In this document: positions 38,889 to 52,150 of the stretch, in pieces
How the letters are laid out: each line of letters starts with the position of its first letter
Numbering within the stretch: position 1 is the first letter of the stretch
Assembly (NCBI GenBank): GCA_052327205.1
Contig: CM126225.1
Span: forward strand, 13,516,001 to 13,580,000
Origin: Somniosus microcephalus
Lineage: Eukaryota
DNA length: 64,000 bases
Direction of reading: 5' to 3'
Notes under the pieces: model-generated
The model's database searches: none
Told to the model about the DNA's origin: nothing
Seen by the model: only the letters and a program-made list of their open reading frames with translations
Made by a program: the position numbers and the translations under genes

Positions 38889-40769
38889 TTGTGTAATGAT
38901 CCTGATCTGCATGCATGGGTCTGCACAACAGATACAATGTCAACTCCATCTCCAAAACTCAGCAAGATGTTAAAATAACAATGGGAACGATTTAAAACAG
39001 GTCAAAAAATATATATTTTTTTAAATCTAAAATAGTCAACAATACAGTACTAGAGAAAAGTGACGAGAATGTGTTACACATGCAGTATGGCATCTAGAGG
39101 GTTCGCTATAAATTACGACTTTACCAACTGGCATTTTTAGAATTACAGCCGCATGTACTCAAGTTACAGTTTCAAACTACACATTTTCTTTAATGGCGAT
39201 AAAATATTTTATGGAGAAGTATGATTTATAACCATAACCTATGAATTAACTGAGCTGAACACTGAAAGCCAAGTCAAAGCAATCAATAAGCAGCAGAAAG
39301 ATCTAGTGTTGATGAAGGGAAGAATAGGACAGAAGCTACAGCTCAGAATAGTTTCGGATACAGCAGAATCGGAAAATTCACGGTCATCCACGTGGTATAA
39401 ATGTCTCAGGCAACAAATGTTCCAATTTGTTTGCAGAGGCAGAATGAATGAGTAACTGAACGGAGAAATGTACCACTTCTAAAATCGACATGCAAAACAT
39501 GGAGTTCATACTCAAAGAACTGAGTATTTTAATACATTGACCAAGAGAATGGGTTCATTTTGAGAAAATTTGGCAGAGTAAAGAACTCAGCAGCAGCCCT
39601 GAAAAGTTCTACGTGACTGTGCAATTGTGGTGCCACAATGATGTCAAAACAAGTGTAGGACCGTGCTTGCGTGGGTTGTTAAACAAAAATATCTAGAGAT
39701 GATTTTTTTTTTGTAGTGTTTAAAAGTGGTTTGGTACTAAACAGATATTAAGTATGGTATGGGCCCTGTGTATTTGACATGGAAGGCAATTTTTGTTTTT
39801 GTCAAAATTGAAGGCATTTCATTTTGCAAAGTTATACCCTGTTATTAATGGTGTTCAGCAATTAAGTTAATATCTAAAGAAAAGGCAATTTTAAGTTTCT
39901 CTAAAAGAGGAGTTAATAAAAATCTGAATTGAAGGAATTATTTTATTCCAAATTAGTCATTGGTCCTGTTCCTCTTCATTTTTAGCTATTCCTCAAAGCT
40001 CAGAGCAGTAAACATGTGCAATACTGAAAATGTGCCCAAATTGGTGCCGCATCCATTCTTTTACTGGTCACCAATAAATACACAAAACATACAACTGGTA
40101 TTGGGACAAATTTTCTAATGCAGACACTAAAGTTGCAACTCAAGAAAAATCATGCTGGCTTTCCAACATGTTATCTTGCTACTTCTACAGAGCTTGTATC
40201 TGATAAGAGTTTCAGCGCTATAACTCCATGCTGCTGAGCCAGTGTAATGGCACTTCTGCAAAATTGTGACTGGTCCAGGCACTGCAAAGCCAGTTTTGCT
40301 GCTTTTGACATACAACGGATCTGATGAACTGTGTGTTGTTGCTCCCTCTTTCTTGAACCCAACCATGTACCATTTTCACAATTTGAGGATAGACTGACCA
40401 AAACTTAACTTCCACTTCGTCCCTGAGGGTGTAGCTTTTCTCCCCCCTGATCTGGGGATGGGCAAGTCCAAATATAATTTCCTACCGCTTGGCATGGGAC
40501 TATTAAGGAGGAACCAACATCGGATTTGCCAGGTTAGTATCTGTGACACGAACAGATGTCACAATGGGAGCTTTTAAAACAAAATGAATTCTGTTGCAAA
40601 CTCACTTAAACATCAAAGGTAAGAATTAATCACAAATAGCTTAAGGTCACTACAATATCAACATTTATCAAAGCGGGGCAAAAGCTCATGGGGCAGCTAA
40701 TATACCAATACAACATGTAGCACAATTATCCTTTGTAACTGCAAGGCGCTATAACAGCAGTGATACTAA

Positions 40770-42060
40770 TCTAATTGAATTTTATTTGATGAAGTAACAC
40801 AGAGGATTGATGAAGGGAATGCAATGGATGTTGTCTACATGGATTTTAGGAAGGTGTTTGACAAAGTACCCCATAGCAAGCTGGTTAATGAAATTGAGGT
40901 TCATGGAATAGGTGGGTCAGTAGCAGCTTGGATAAGGAATTGGCTTAAGGACAGAAAACAGCAAGTTGCGGTAAATGGCTGTTTTTCAGACTGGAGAATG
41001 GTAGACAGTGGTGTTCCCCAAGGGTCAGTGCTGGGGTCACTGCTTTTTTTGATATATATATATATATATAAAAATGACCTGGATATTGGAATACAGAGTA
41101 GAATTTCTAAATTTGCCAATGACACCAAATTTGGGGGTGTGGCAAACAGTGAGGATGATACCAATCGACTGCAACAGGTCATAGAAAGGCTAGCAGAATA
41201 GGCAGACATGTGGCAGATGGAATTTAATACAGAGAAATGAAGTGAGGCATTTTGGCAACTGAGGCATTTTGGCAGAAGGAACAGGGAGGGGCAATATACA
41301 CTTAATGGCACAGTTTTAAAGAGTGTACAGGGACAGAGGGGCCTGGGAGTTAATAGGTCCCTGAAGGTGGCAGGACATATTGAGTGTGGTTAGCAAAGCA
41401 TATGGGATCTTGGGCTTCATAAATAGAGGAATTGAGTACAAAAATAGAGAAGTTATGCTGAACCTTTATAAAGCGCTGGTTAGGCCACAACTGGAGTATT
41501 GCATCCAGTTCTGGACACCACACTTTAGGATGGATGTGAAGGCCCTTGAGAGGGTGCAGAGGAGATTTACCAAAATGGTTCCGTGGATGGGGGATCTTAG
41601 CTACAAGGACAGGTTGGAGAAGCTGGATTCGTTTTCATTAGAACAAAGGAGGTTGAGGGGTGATTTGATAGAGGTATACAAGATTATGACGGGTTTGGAT
41701 AGGCTAGATGGGGAAAGGCTGTTCCCACTAGTTGATGGTACAAGGCTGTTCCCACTAGTTGATGGTACAAGGACTAGGGGACACAGATTTAAGGTTTTGG
41801 GCAAGAGATACAGGTGGGACGTGAGGAAAAACTTTTTTACACAGCGAGTGGTGAGGACCTGTAACTCGCTGCCGACGGAAGTGGTGGAAGCGGAGACACT
41901 CAATGTTTTCACGGGGAGACAGGATAGGCACTTGAGGGAAATAAACTTGCAGGACTACGGGGATAGAGCAGGGAATGCGGCTGACTGGATTGCTCTGCAG
42001 AGAGCTGGCACGGACTCGATGGGCCGAATGGCCTCCTTCTGTGCTGTATGACTCTATGAC
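40770..42060 (+). mobile_element. CR1 LINE, 5'-truncated RT and 3' UTR
   Basis: DVVYMDFRKVFDKVPH, SGVPQGSVLG, ISKFANDTK, LVRPQLEYCIQFW, TRTRGH; tail ctgtatgactctatgac; 27-bp tandem duplication (RLFPLVDGT twice). Confidence 0.95.
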
Positions 42061-42787
42061 AATATCCCACGAGAAACAAAGAAAATGTAACCATTCAGCA
42101 TCAACGGGGCCAGCCAAGTAAAATTAAGAGCTAAAATCAAGAGCTGATATCTATTGTGTAGTGGCAATTTATTCCATTTTATTTTGGAAGTCAATACATT
42201 TTTGTAGCCTGCAACTAGAACAGCAACCAAGTACCTGTACTGTTCTCTTACAAACGTGCTGAGGGAACGTTAAAGTACAATACATGTTCTCTCACCACAT
42301 CAGTCATCAAGAAATCTTGAAGAAATCACTTTTTTTTTTAATGTATAAAATGAATCCGACATGTCTCAAAACAGTGCACATAACCCTTTGGTCTCAGGTG
42401 ACCCTTGCGATCATTGCAGCTGTGAAAAAATCAACCTGACACTAAATTTGAATTAAATGGTCTATGGACAAGTCATTTTTAGACATCTGAACATTTCAAA
42501 GTATGCACTGTTAGAAACTGAATTGAGGACAACCCTAGTAACTTGTGTGCTGCAATTGTTTCCATCAAAGTATTCTGCTATACTGATGTTTCTGCAATGG
42601 AACAGATTGTTTACTCAGGCAATGGAAGACTATTGCTGTTTGCTTTTTTTCTGGCGGAAAAAAATTACACTTCTGTTGGCTGCATTACTATTGCTAGTTT
42701 AGTCTGGTTGGGAGTGCACCATTTTCATACTCCTCCCAAACCAAATCTTTTGTTTGATCATCTCTGCACCTGCCCCAAGTTACCATG

Positions 42788-43018
42788 TGACATAAGAAAA
42801 CTACTAGGCACTTGGTCTAAGCGTTAAACAAAGCTTTAATCAACTGTTTTACAACATGGAGGTCTAGTTGTGTCCTTCACTAGTTCCCGTTAAGAATGTC
42901 CTGCACAAGCTGGGCCCATGCCAGAGTATTTATACTCTCCCTGGACAGCGCCACCCGCAGGCTGCTCAGTATTATTTCATAAGTCTTTCTTTCTTTCATG
43001 AATGACTGATTCATGTCA
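42788..43018 (-). mobile_element. Solo LTR, copy 1
   Basis: TG..CA termini, 5-bp duplication CCATG (42783-42787, 43019-43023), minus-strand TATAAATA and ATTAAA; close inverted homologue at 53905-54130. Confidence 0.88.
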
Positions 43019-43799
43019 CCATGTCTATAGAATAGGTAGTCAACAGCTAGCGGACAAAGGTACTTTCTAATGCTAGCTCAGAGTGATCATGGTATAGAAA
43101 AAAACACCAGCTAGAAGCTTCGATAAAGTTTCATCCCTCCAATCTGGGCAGCTTCAAAGTTATACCACAAAGTCTGATTGACAGCCTGTCATAACAGAGA
43201 GTCTGGTTATCTACATCTATTTATACAGATTTTTTTTTTTTTTTAAATCACAAATGCTGAATTTAACAAAATATAATTTAAAGAAAATTGATACAGCAAA
43301 ATTGGCCATGTCCATATTTAATTTTGCATTTCTATTATATATAATTAGTGTCACTGTACTGAGAAATACCAATTGTTTTGAAATTTACAGAAGAACTAAT
43401 TTGATCAGGCAAAGCCGCCTTCTCTCCAATGAAGATTGACTATCCTCTGTTTCGCAGATGGTGGCTTTTATCCCAGGTGACTTCAGTTGGTTTGGGCCAG
43501 CGTGTTTAGTTGCTGTACAATTGGGAGGGACTATGCTGGAGTAAGCAGATTGTCACATTGCTTACTTCATGACGTGTGTACAAGAGCAAATGCACATTTT
43601 GTCTGAGGAGCAAAGTGAATTTTCACCTGATCCAACGAGAAATTGGTGGCAAATGCTGCCAATGAAAGCTGTATGATGAGAAACAAAAACACCGTCTGTC
43701 TGTACTACCAGTGCCTTCTCTTTAAGCTTCTGATGCTGATTTACTATATTATCAGTGCCCAGTTTCAAAGGAGATCCATCTGCACAGCACAAATAAAAC

Positions 43800-44060
43800 A
43801 TTAAATCTGAAAGAAAAACAGAAAATGCTAGAAATATATAGGTCAGTCAGCAAATGCAGAGAAAAAAAAAGTTAATGTGTGAGGTATAGCTGTCAGAACT
43901 GAATACAAAGACAAACAAGTATTCCGTAGGGTTGGGCAAAGGGCGGAGGAGAACCCCCAAACTGCGATTATGTTTCAGTTTTCAGCTTTGAGGGATTATA
44001 CTTGAAACACTAACCTGTCTTTTTCCTTTACAGATATTGGCTGGCGTTCTATTACATTTG
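43800..44060. mobile_element. Degenerate Penelope-like fold-back remnant
   Basis: aaatctgaaagaaaaacagaaaatgctagaaat.. resembles 12195-12390. Confidence 0.45.
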
Positions 44061-44751
44061 TCAACCACTGAACAGAATTGGATATAATCAAGAATAAAAT
44101 ACTTGGGCAAAGCACACAGTAATGTTTATGTATGAGAAAATAGAAACCAATGATAGGTAGCATAAAACTGTTTAGTATGATACGAGTGCAGGCTGCAATA
44201 CTCCTTTATTAAAAAGTGACTCCTGTGAAGCACACTTCCACTCAGTTTATCAAATATCAGCTACTCAATAAGATTGCGAGCACCAACCTGATGCCTCATC
44301 AGTCGTTCTACCCTTTCTGCCACATTAGGTCCCATTTGTCCTTTTCATGGGCTTTTCCACCTGCACTCCAACCTTTATAGATCTCTGCATCTGCAGTCCT
44401 AGATCTCCCTGTTCCTCCACTCTTTTTCTTAAAATATATGACTTCACATTAAATGCTGAATTGCAACTGCCACCTATCTGGCCACTATGCTTATTTGTCT
44501 TACTTCCTCCTGCATTCTTCCTCGCAGTTTGCCATGCCCCAGATGTGGTATCAGCAAATTTCAGTATCTTGTGGCTATGTTGAAATAATCATTTATATAA
44601 ATGGAGAGAGATTTTCAAGCAAATATCCATGGGCACAACAGTAAACCACATCTCACCAATCCAAAAAACATCTGTTTAATCCCTATACTCTGCTTTCTGT
44701 CCTTTACCAACTCTTTATCCTTTAATGATATTGGACGAGCCCTATTTTTTT

Positions 44752-44886
44752 TTGATATTAAGGGAATCAAGGGATATGGGGACAGTGCGGGAAAGTGCAG
44801 TTGAGGTAGAAGATCAGCCATGAATTTACTGAATGGCGGAGCAGGCTCGAAGGGCTGAATGGCCTACTCCTATTTCTTATGTTCTG
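44752..44886 (+). mobile_element. CR1 3' end
   Basis: gggaatcaagggatatgggg..gatcagccatg..gaatggcggagcaggctcgaagggctgaatggcctactcctatttcttatgttc. Confidence 0.85.
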
Positions 44887-46479
44887 TGACATGCACCTTA
44901 ATTTTTTTTTTTTTTTTTATAAAAACAGCAGGTCTCTTATGCAGCCCCTTATTAAATGATTTGAGACATATTCCTACTTCAGGAGTAAAAAGATTTTGCA
45001 AAGAATATTTTCAGGGCTCAAAATGGAGCTTGTGATGATATTGTAGGCCAATGATTCAGCAACATTACACACAAAAGTTTGTTTTTGCCTTTTACACAAA
45101 GACAACCATCTGAAGCAGTTTACAAAATTTCAGGAAATGCTTCTTCAATGTACAAGTATAACGCAAGGAGCACACATTTGTAACACAATGTATTTAACTG
45201 TCGACCACTCATTCACCATTACCGGCTTGTTGCTAATTTGTTGATCTTGGGCTATTGGACAAGCATCATTTTTGGTAACCCCTGTTTCCCAAGTGGTCTC
45301 TAATGTTGTTCAGTTATTGACCCTATACGGCTACATAGCTGAAAGTTGAACACAAACCGTATGCGAAATGTCTGGTCACAATGTGATCATTGGAGCATAG
45401 TACAGCGTGACATTAAACTACATTTAGCTACACTGGTCAGCTTGAGAAATGGCAAAATCAATTGCACTGGCAATTAGTTATTTATCTATTATTCTTCATG
45501 CCCCTTGATCCCCCACATTTTCCAAATCACCAACACCTCTTATTGCTCAACCTGTCAGAAAGCAAGTTTTCACCAAGAGTATACAAGAAGCCTCCCTTTC
45601 TGGTCAGTGCAAAGACTAGCCAAGGTATGTGTCCATGGGAAGCCTAAATGCAGAAGTTAGCAAATGCCAGAATTTAAACCCGGATTTTCTAGGCAACCAC
45701 TAGACTGTTCTCAACAACAGCCTGCAAAAACAACCGAAAGGGCAGTGGTGCCTTTTAAACATATACTAAATATCCCTCCCACAACCCCCCCTCTGCCCCC
45801 AGTTTCATTTGAGCTATAAATTATCTATACTGGGTGAACCAAAAGTACAACAACTATAGATAGTTTAATAGTGTAATTCTTCAAGTTATAATCATTTAAA
45901 GTTCAGCACTTCAGGTTTCCGAGAACATTTGGGTTCTAGAGTTCTTTAAAATGAAGGTCCAGATAAATAATCAAGATTTTCCAAAATGCTGATGTGTTAC
46001 AAATCATGTGCTTTCTTTGCTAGCTGTACATGAAATTGAATAGTCATAGGGCTGAAAGCTAGAATATTCAAGCAATTCACTGGAAAAAAACTCAAAAATG
46101 TATTTACATTTACCATAAAGCAGCAATTCTACAATCTATCCATGTGCAAAGCCAGTTTTGAATAAAACTCACAAAGCTTTGTAAACCTAAGTTTTGAAAA
46201 AGCTGTTCAAAAGAAAACTAAAAATAAACACCTGATTTCAGAGACTTGTCAAGTGAAACCCAGAAAGACTAGAAATCCCTGACAGTTTCAACGTTACTAC
46301 ACTGTCAATGCCTTTGCTTCTACTATTTCGATTAGCAATTCACCTTCTTTTGATTCGTCTTGGGAAAAACGTATCTAATTGTTATTGGAAATAAAATATG
46401 CCAGCAATATGTGCCAGCTGCTGGTTTTGTCTCTGCTGCACAAACTTTTTTTTTTAATCATCGTTTGATATCAATAATC

Positions 46480-46860
46480 AGGCTGCCACAATGCTGTAAA
46501 GTTTTCACTGCCGCATAATCATGTTTACAAAAAGAAATGCATTAGTGCAGATGGTCTTGAGTCCAGGTCATTACTATGCAAATTCCATGAATTAGTAATT
46601 GACAGCATATTATTCCGCATTTTTAACTGACAGGCTAAATAAACGTTTTAACTGTTTGGTTTGGCAGTACATTACCGCCATTGACACCATTAGTGGCCAT
46701 TAATGGTCATCTTCTCCATAGGATATAGAGAGTTCTACAGCCTCTTTCTCTCAAATGCAAACTATTTAATAAGCAGAGTGTGCCCGAATCATTAACTCAT
46801 CCCTTCCAAGGTACCTCCCATTGCGACAATGAGTCATCAGTTATGAAAGGCTGATTCTAA
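46480..46860. promoter_or_regulatory. Candidate developmental enhancer / conserved non-coding element
   Basis: Non-repeat stretch with TGTTTAC (46522), AGGTCA (46565), ATGCAAAT (46576), TAATTGACAG (46596), TGACAG (46628), TAAATAAAC (46636), CCATTAATGG (46697), ACAAT plus TGAGTCA (46826-46836). Conservation cannot be seen from one sequence. Confidence 0.4.
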
Positions 46861-48594
46861 TTGAAAATATTTTAATCATAGAAGTTCAAAAATAAACATG
46901 TTAACAGACAAAACAGCAATTACCATTTGGATAAAATAAACACAAGTGTATGACATCACCTGCATGTTTAAATTAATTTTATTACACACTTTCCTCAGTA
47001 ATCGCAGTCATCATAAAATTAAATATGGACATTTTTAATCTGCATCTGTAACACAAGCATTTCACAACCGTAGGTTAAGGAAAACATATTTACTATGACT
47101 GCCTACTGCAACATTAAGAATTGTACACTGCCAGTTGGATCAAATTGAAGGCATGGCATTGAGGGCCACATTGTCCAAATGTTAACAATTATCAACAGGG
47201 CCTATATTTACATGTTGAATTGTGGAGTCACGCCACAGCATGCGCGATTAATACACGCTAGAATAATTTCAACCCATGATGGAGAGCTACAGGTGGAATG
47301 AGAAAGCAGTTTTAGTGAATAAGGAGCCCATATTTTTTTTTTTTATATATAGCCTCAAAGGGTAAACCCAGAGGTCAAAAGCAACTAACAAATATTGGGT
47401 ATGAAAGCTCCACGGTTATTTAAAACAAATGTAGTATAATCCAGAAATAAGAAGTCTACTTGACAAATCAGTGATGCCCCAAATGTTTTTTTTAAGAAAT
47501 AATATTTGAACTGATATACAATGATTGTTTAAGGTGTCCCCTTGGTGAGGCTCGTTTCTTTTGAGAATTGTTCAATAATGTAGTTGATGAATGTGTTACC
47601 AATTGCTTTCCTACAAAGAGCTAGCCAGGAGTAACCGGACTTGTAAGATATAATCAGCTCTTATTCTAGTTTCTAGACATGCTGCCAAACTGAAACTCTA
47701 AAAACTGAAATGTTTCAATTGGTTGCATGATTGCCATTTTTATTTTCATGTTGCCTGTAACTGGAGCTATAGATCTTCAAATCAAGGCCAAAAAAAACCG
47801 AGAGAAACAGACAGAGAGCATAACAAAACAGCACTGCTGAATAGAAATTAAATGAGAAATAAACTGCATGAAGACAGCTAAACAGAAATATGAAATAGAA
47901 AGCAAAAATGAAAATTGATCAAGACACATAAATGGCTGCAGAAAAAAAAAACAGATTTAACACAAAAAGATCAATTCTGTATCACTTTTGCACCCAAATA
48001 CTATTTAACTTGATTTCGCCCGACAAGTTTTCACTGCCTTGGTCAAAATCAAAAAGTGATCGCCGCGCTGCCGAATGCAAGTTTTTTTCCCCTAATAAAA
48101 ACCTTTTGACTTCTCTCACTAAAAGATTTTGAGTGAAAAGTTTGCAGATTTCTGAATGCTACTGTACTTTTAATAGTCCTCAATTCCAAACCATGCCATG
48201 AAAGTAATGGTTTTGACATTAAAGTACTAGAAAAAACTGCATTACGGTTTGTACTGAATAAAACATTTGTATAGGATCGCCTTGAAACAGCAGCTGATGA
48301 TGCATCACATTGTAAAAGGTTAATCAATAAGCTGTGCTGATAGAACACTTCTGCAGTCATTTTATTTTAACCAACATACGGAACTGTCAGATCTCATTTA
48401 TTGGAGACCATACTGAAACTATAGAGCATGGTGGTCATTGCAAGCCCCAGTCATCAAACTAAATAGCAACATTTAGAGAAAAAATGTTTTATTAATACAA
48501 GAGCACTTTATACACCGCAAGACTAGTGAAAATAAATTTGATTCAAGTGTTCTACAATTACACTTCCTCATCTGGAAAAACGCAAGCACATATT

Positions 48595-49324
48595 GGCCCT
48601 GAAACTGAGGTCGGAGGCGTACTTCCAGAGCACGCCTCCAACCCGCGAAAGAATTACGAACCTACCTGCTGGCAGTCAGGATGCGAAAACTTGCTTCTCA
48701 GGCCTTGAGGTGGAGAGCAGCGTAATGGCCCACGGATCCCAGGCGATGCGGAAGCGTACCTGGGATCACGTGGGCTTGGTCCTCCAATCACAAAGCAGAA
48801 TTCCATTTTAATCATTTACAAAGGGAATCCCGTAATGAGATGTAACGGAATCCCGAAATCTGATCCAATTACAACTTACAGAATTGAAATTTTATTCGCA
48901 ATTACCTTCGTTCCAGCAACCTCACTAAAAATGTAATTTTTTGGATAATTTTAGACATTAAAACTGTAATCCGGGCCAGTATTTGCATAAACTCGTTTCA
49001 TAGTGTATGTGCATAATTTACGATATGAAAATGTTTAATTAATGGCTTAGATATCCCCTTATGCTGATGCAAACAGGCCTTGTGCCTGCTTGCATCAACC
49101 GTAACACTTATGTGGGCAATTGTTGGCCAGTGGGCAAATTGCCCAGCTCTGCGCCAGCGATTGCTTTTGCGTGGCCTGAGCGGATGGCCTGTCAACGCAT
49201 ACCCTGATAGGCCGCAAGTTCCAGATTTCACACATGCGCTAAATCCCGAACTTGCTGTGGATTTCAAAGGGAATACGATGGAGTACTCAAAGTACGCCGT
49301 CATATACACCGTAATTTCAGGGCC
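48595..49324. mobile_element. Harbinger-type MITE
   Basis: TIRs ggccctgaaa / tttcagggcc; flanks ATT and AAT; internal hairpin gcaagttc..gaacttgc similar to that of the 37372 element. Confidence 0.78.
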
Positions 49325-49719
49325 AATACTTATTCGGATTGCTCTGAACATGTCCAAGGAAGAATTCAGTAATCACAAATACAACAATTTCACCGCAGGA
49401 ACACCCAATTAGAAATATAAGCAACACTCAAGACTTCACTGATAAAAAAGATGGATAAAAGTGTGAGTGTGAAAATCCTTGAAAAGCAGTCGAAGCACAA
49501 GTATAAAATACACCAAACATGCAAATGTGAAAATTAAAAGGGGCAAATTGCTAAAAAAATAATCAGTGGCATTACTACAAAGCAAATGTCTTTTCTGTGC
49601 GCAAACGCTGTTGAAAATCACATTTGTTATGGCCATTATCAGTACATTTTGAGCAAAGTACAAATTTATTGCTGTGTATAAACAAAATATTCCCCTCACT
49701 TAACCAGTGATTTGATGTA

Positions 49720-50105
49720 CAGGTAGACTATCCTTTATCCGAAAACCTCGGGACCAGCCGAGTTTCGTTTTTTGGAGAATTTCGGATTTCGGAAGGTGGG
49801 TCGGCGGTTGTCGGGGCCGGCGGTTCGCGGGGTCGGCGGGGGGGGGGGGGGGGTCGGCGGTTGTCGGGGCCGGCGGGGGGTCGTGCGCACGACTTACGCT
49901 GACGCTCAGCGTAAGTCGGTCGGGGTCGGCGGTGGTCCCGCGCACGACTTACCCTTTATCCGAACTTCCGAAACCGGAACCCTCTAAAAACCGAAGGTTT
50001 TTTCTTTCAGCGTAAGTCGTACGCACGACTTACGCTGAACGAAAAAACCTTCGGTTTTTAGAGGGTTTCTGTTTTCGGAAGTCCGGATAAAGGGTAGTCT
50101 ACCTG
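49720..50105. mobile_element. Tigger-like MITE, family B copy 2
   Basis: Same TIRs and TA flanks as 25068-25545, with a shorter minisatellite and a poly-G run. Confidence 0.88.
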
Positions 50106-51315
50106 TACTAGCATAATGCACCACTGAGTGCAGTGTTTTCCTTTGGTCAGTGTGTGGGCTGGCTGTAGAAACCTAGCATCATGTTTAAGACTCGAAACCA
50201 AGTTACAGTAATGAGTATCTATTCCACAATACAAAGTGCATACTCTCCTTGTAGAAACATGTCCCACTTTCCTAGGGCCAGAGAGCATAGGCACACATTG
50301 GCAGAGCTGAGGCTTAGGGATCACATGTAGAGAAGACGACATTTAAACACATGGCTGAGAATAACATTTAGCATGTTCACTGTTCTATTTATAGTCCTAT
50401 TCAAGATGGCATTCTCTCAGGGGGTTGGGAGGCGGTTGGGGGAGGGGGGGATAGAACGCGACCTACAAATATGGCATCGAAATAATGTCCTGTGCTCAAC
50501 AAAAACAAATTCTTGAGAATGGAGTGTTTGAATAACTTTGGTTGACTCTTTTCCACCCTGCTCCAACTTTGGCTGCTTTAAACAATTAGATTGCTTTGAA
50601 TGGCAGCCTGCTCCCGTCAGTTGGTATCACAAACAAATTAGAATTGGTATGAAAAGATTGCAATGCATAGTTCAACTGGGTTCACTTTATTTTGAAAATT
50701 GAGAACGCTAGTTGAAGGGCCAAAGCCCATAGTGCAATGCCCAGTCTCGTCATCAGGAATTTTAAACATGTTCGGCCACTATGCTTTAAATGAGGTTCAT
50801 TTGTGCATTTGTACCCATTTCCTGGTTTAGCATGTACATGCTGGAGAAACCACTTAGTTTCATAGCCCACAGTACCAGCTATTTTATTTTCCCGTTTTTA
50901 AAGGAGGAGGGCTCTCCTTGGCTCACTCTGCCCACAATCACCAGGTTTGCATTCCCATGACAGCCCATACTTGAACCTGCCAGTTACATATGTGATGACT
51001 TCCAATTTTGGACACTTGGCAAGCTGCTGTGGGAAGGCACCTTAGGGAAAACTTGTCGTTTTTTTGTTTGCGTCTCCATTTCCTTTCCCATCAACATTCA
51101 CCTCCTCCTCCTCCTCCTCCAAACACACGTGCAGTCAAGTGAATGAAGAATGGCGATAACACAATGGAAACAGGATATGCTCATCATGCTGGTTTGAAGT
51201 GTAAAAATTGGAAGAACCATGGTAGGAAGAACACTCAAACAATATTTTCCATTTAAAAGTACAAAGTATCTGATTAATTAGTGGGTATGATGTTAGTAAT
51301 TTAGTTATGGAACTA

Positions 51316-51785
51316 GAAAAGAAAGAAGACTTGCATTTATATAGTGCCTTTCATGACTTCAGGATGTCCCAAAGTGCTTTACAGGCAATTAAATACTTTG
51401 TGACGTGTAGTTACCATTGTAATGTAGAAAATACAGCAGCCAATTTGTGCAAAGCAAGGTCTTACAATCAGCAATGTGGCAATGACTAGATTATCTGTTT
51501 GTGACATTGGTTGAAGGATAAATATTGGCCAGGACACCAGGGAGAAATTCCCTGCTCTTCTTCGAAATAGTGCCACGAGATCTTTTACATCCACCTGTAA
51601 AGGGAAGACGGGGCCTCGGTCTAACGTCTCAAATAAAAAGACGGCATTTCCGACAGCACAGCACTCCTTCAATACTGCACTGAAGTGTCAGCCTAGATTT
51701 TTGTGCTCAAGTCCCTGGAGTGGGGCTTGAACCCACAACCTGAGTCAGAGGCGAGAGTGCTACCCACTGAGCCACAGCTGACACC
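51316..51785 (-). mobile_element. Deu-domain tRNA-derived SINE, copy 2 (near full length)
   Basis: Minus-strand A box tggctcagtggg, B box gggttcaagccc, Deu core, tail aaaggcactatataaatgcaagtcttctttc. Confidence 0.88.
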
Positions 51786-51817
51786 TAGACAACTAGTGTT
51801 TTGCTCAAATCAATATA

Positions 51818-52150
51818 CAGGAAACTTTCGATTAACCAGCCCCTAAATAACCAGAACGCTCTATCCACCAGCAAAATTCAGGAGTCGGTTCAGGTAACTT
51901 TTTTTAAAACTTTTAGTTACTTTTTTTACTCTATTTGTTGCTTTGCAAGGGTGTAGCTGAAGCTGTTGCTTAAGCTACAGAGACGCTTGCAACTTGTGCC
52001 GATTGTTTTGAAGCTGTTAGCAACAGGGTTTGTTGCTTTATACGGAGCTCTGAGCTCCGTATCTTTTACTATAGCGTTCGGTTATCCGGAATTGTTGGTG
52101 AACCGGCAACACGTCGGTCCCGTCAGTGCCGGATACCAGAAAGTTTCCTG
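51818..52150. mobile_element. Tigger-like MITE, family A copy 3
   Basis: TA|caggaaactttcgattaacc ... ccggataccagaaagtttcctg|TA; interior homologous to 15662-15996. Confidence 0.85.

Noticed and set aside
40824-42051. 125-aa and 223-aa RT ORFs as an active LINE
   Set aside because: 5'-truncated, with stops, frameshifts and a mutated catalytic motif (FANDT instead of FADDT).
51700-51785. tRNA-like A and B boxes
   Set aside because: Head of a Deu SINE, contiguous with the SINE body; no complete cloverleaf.
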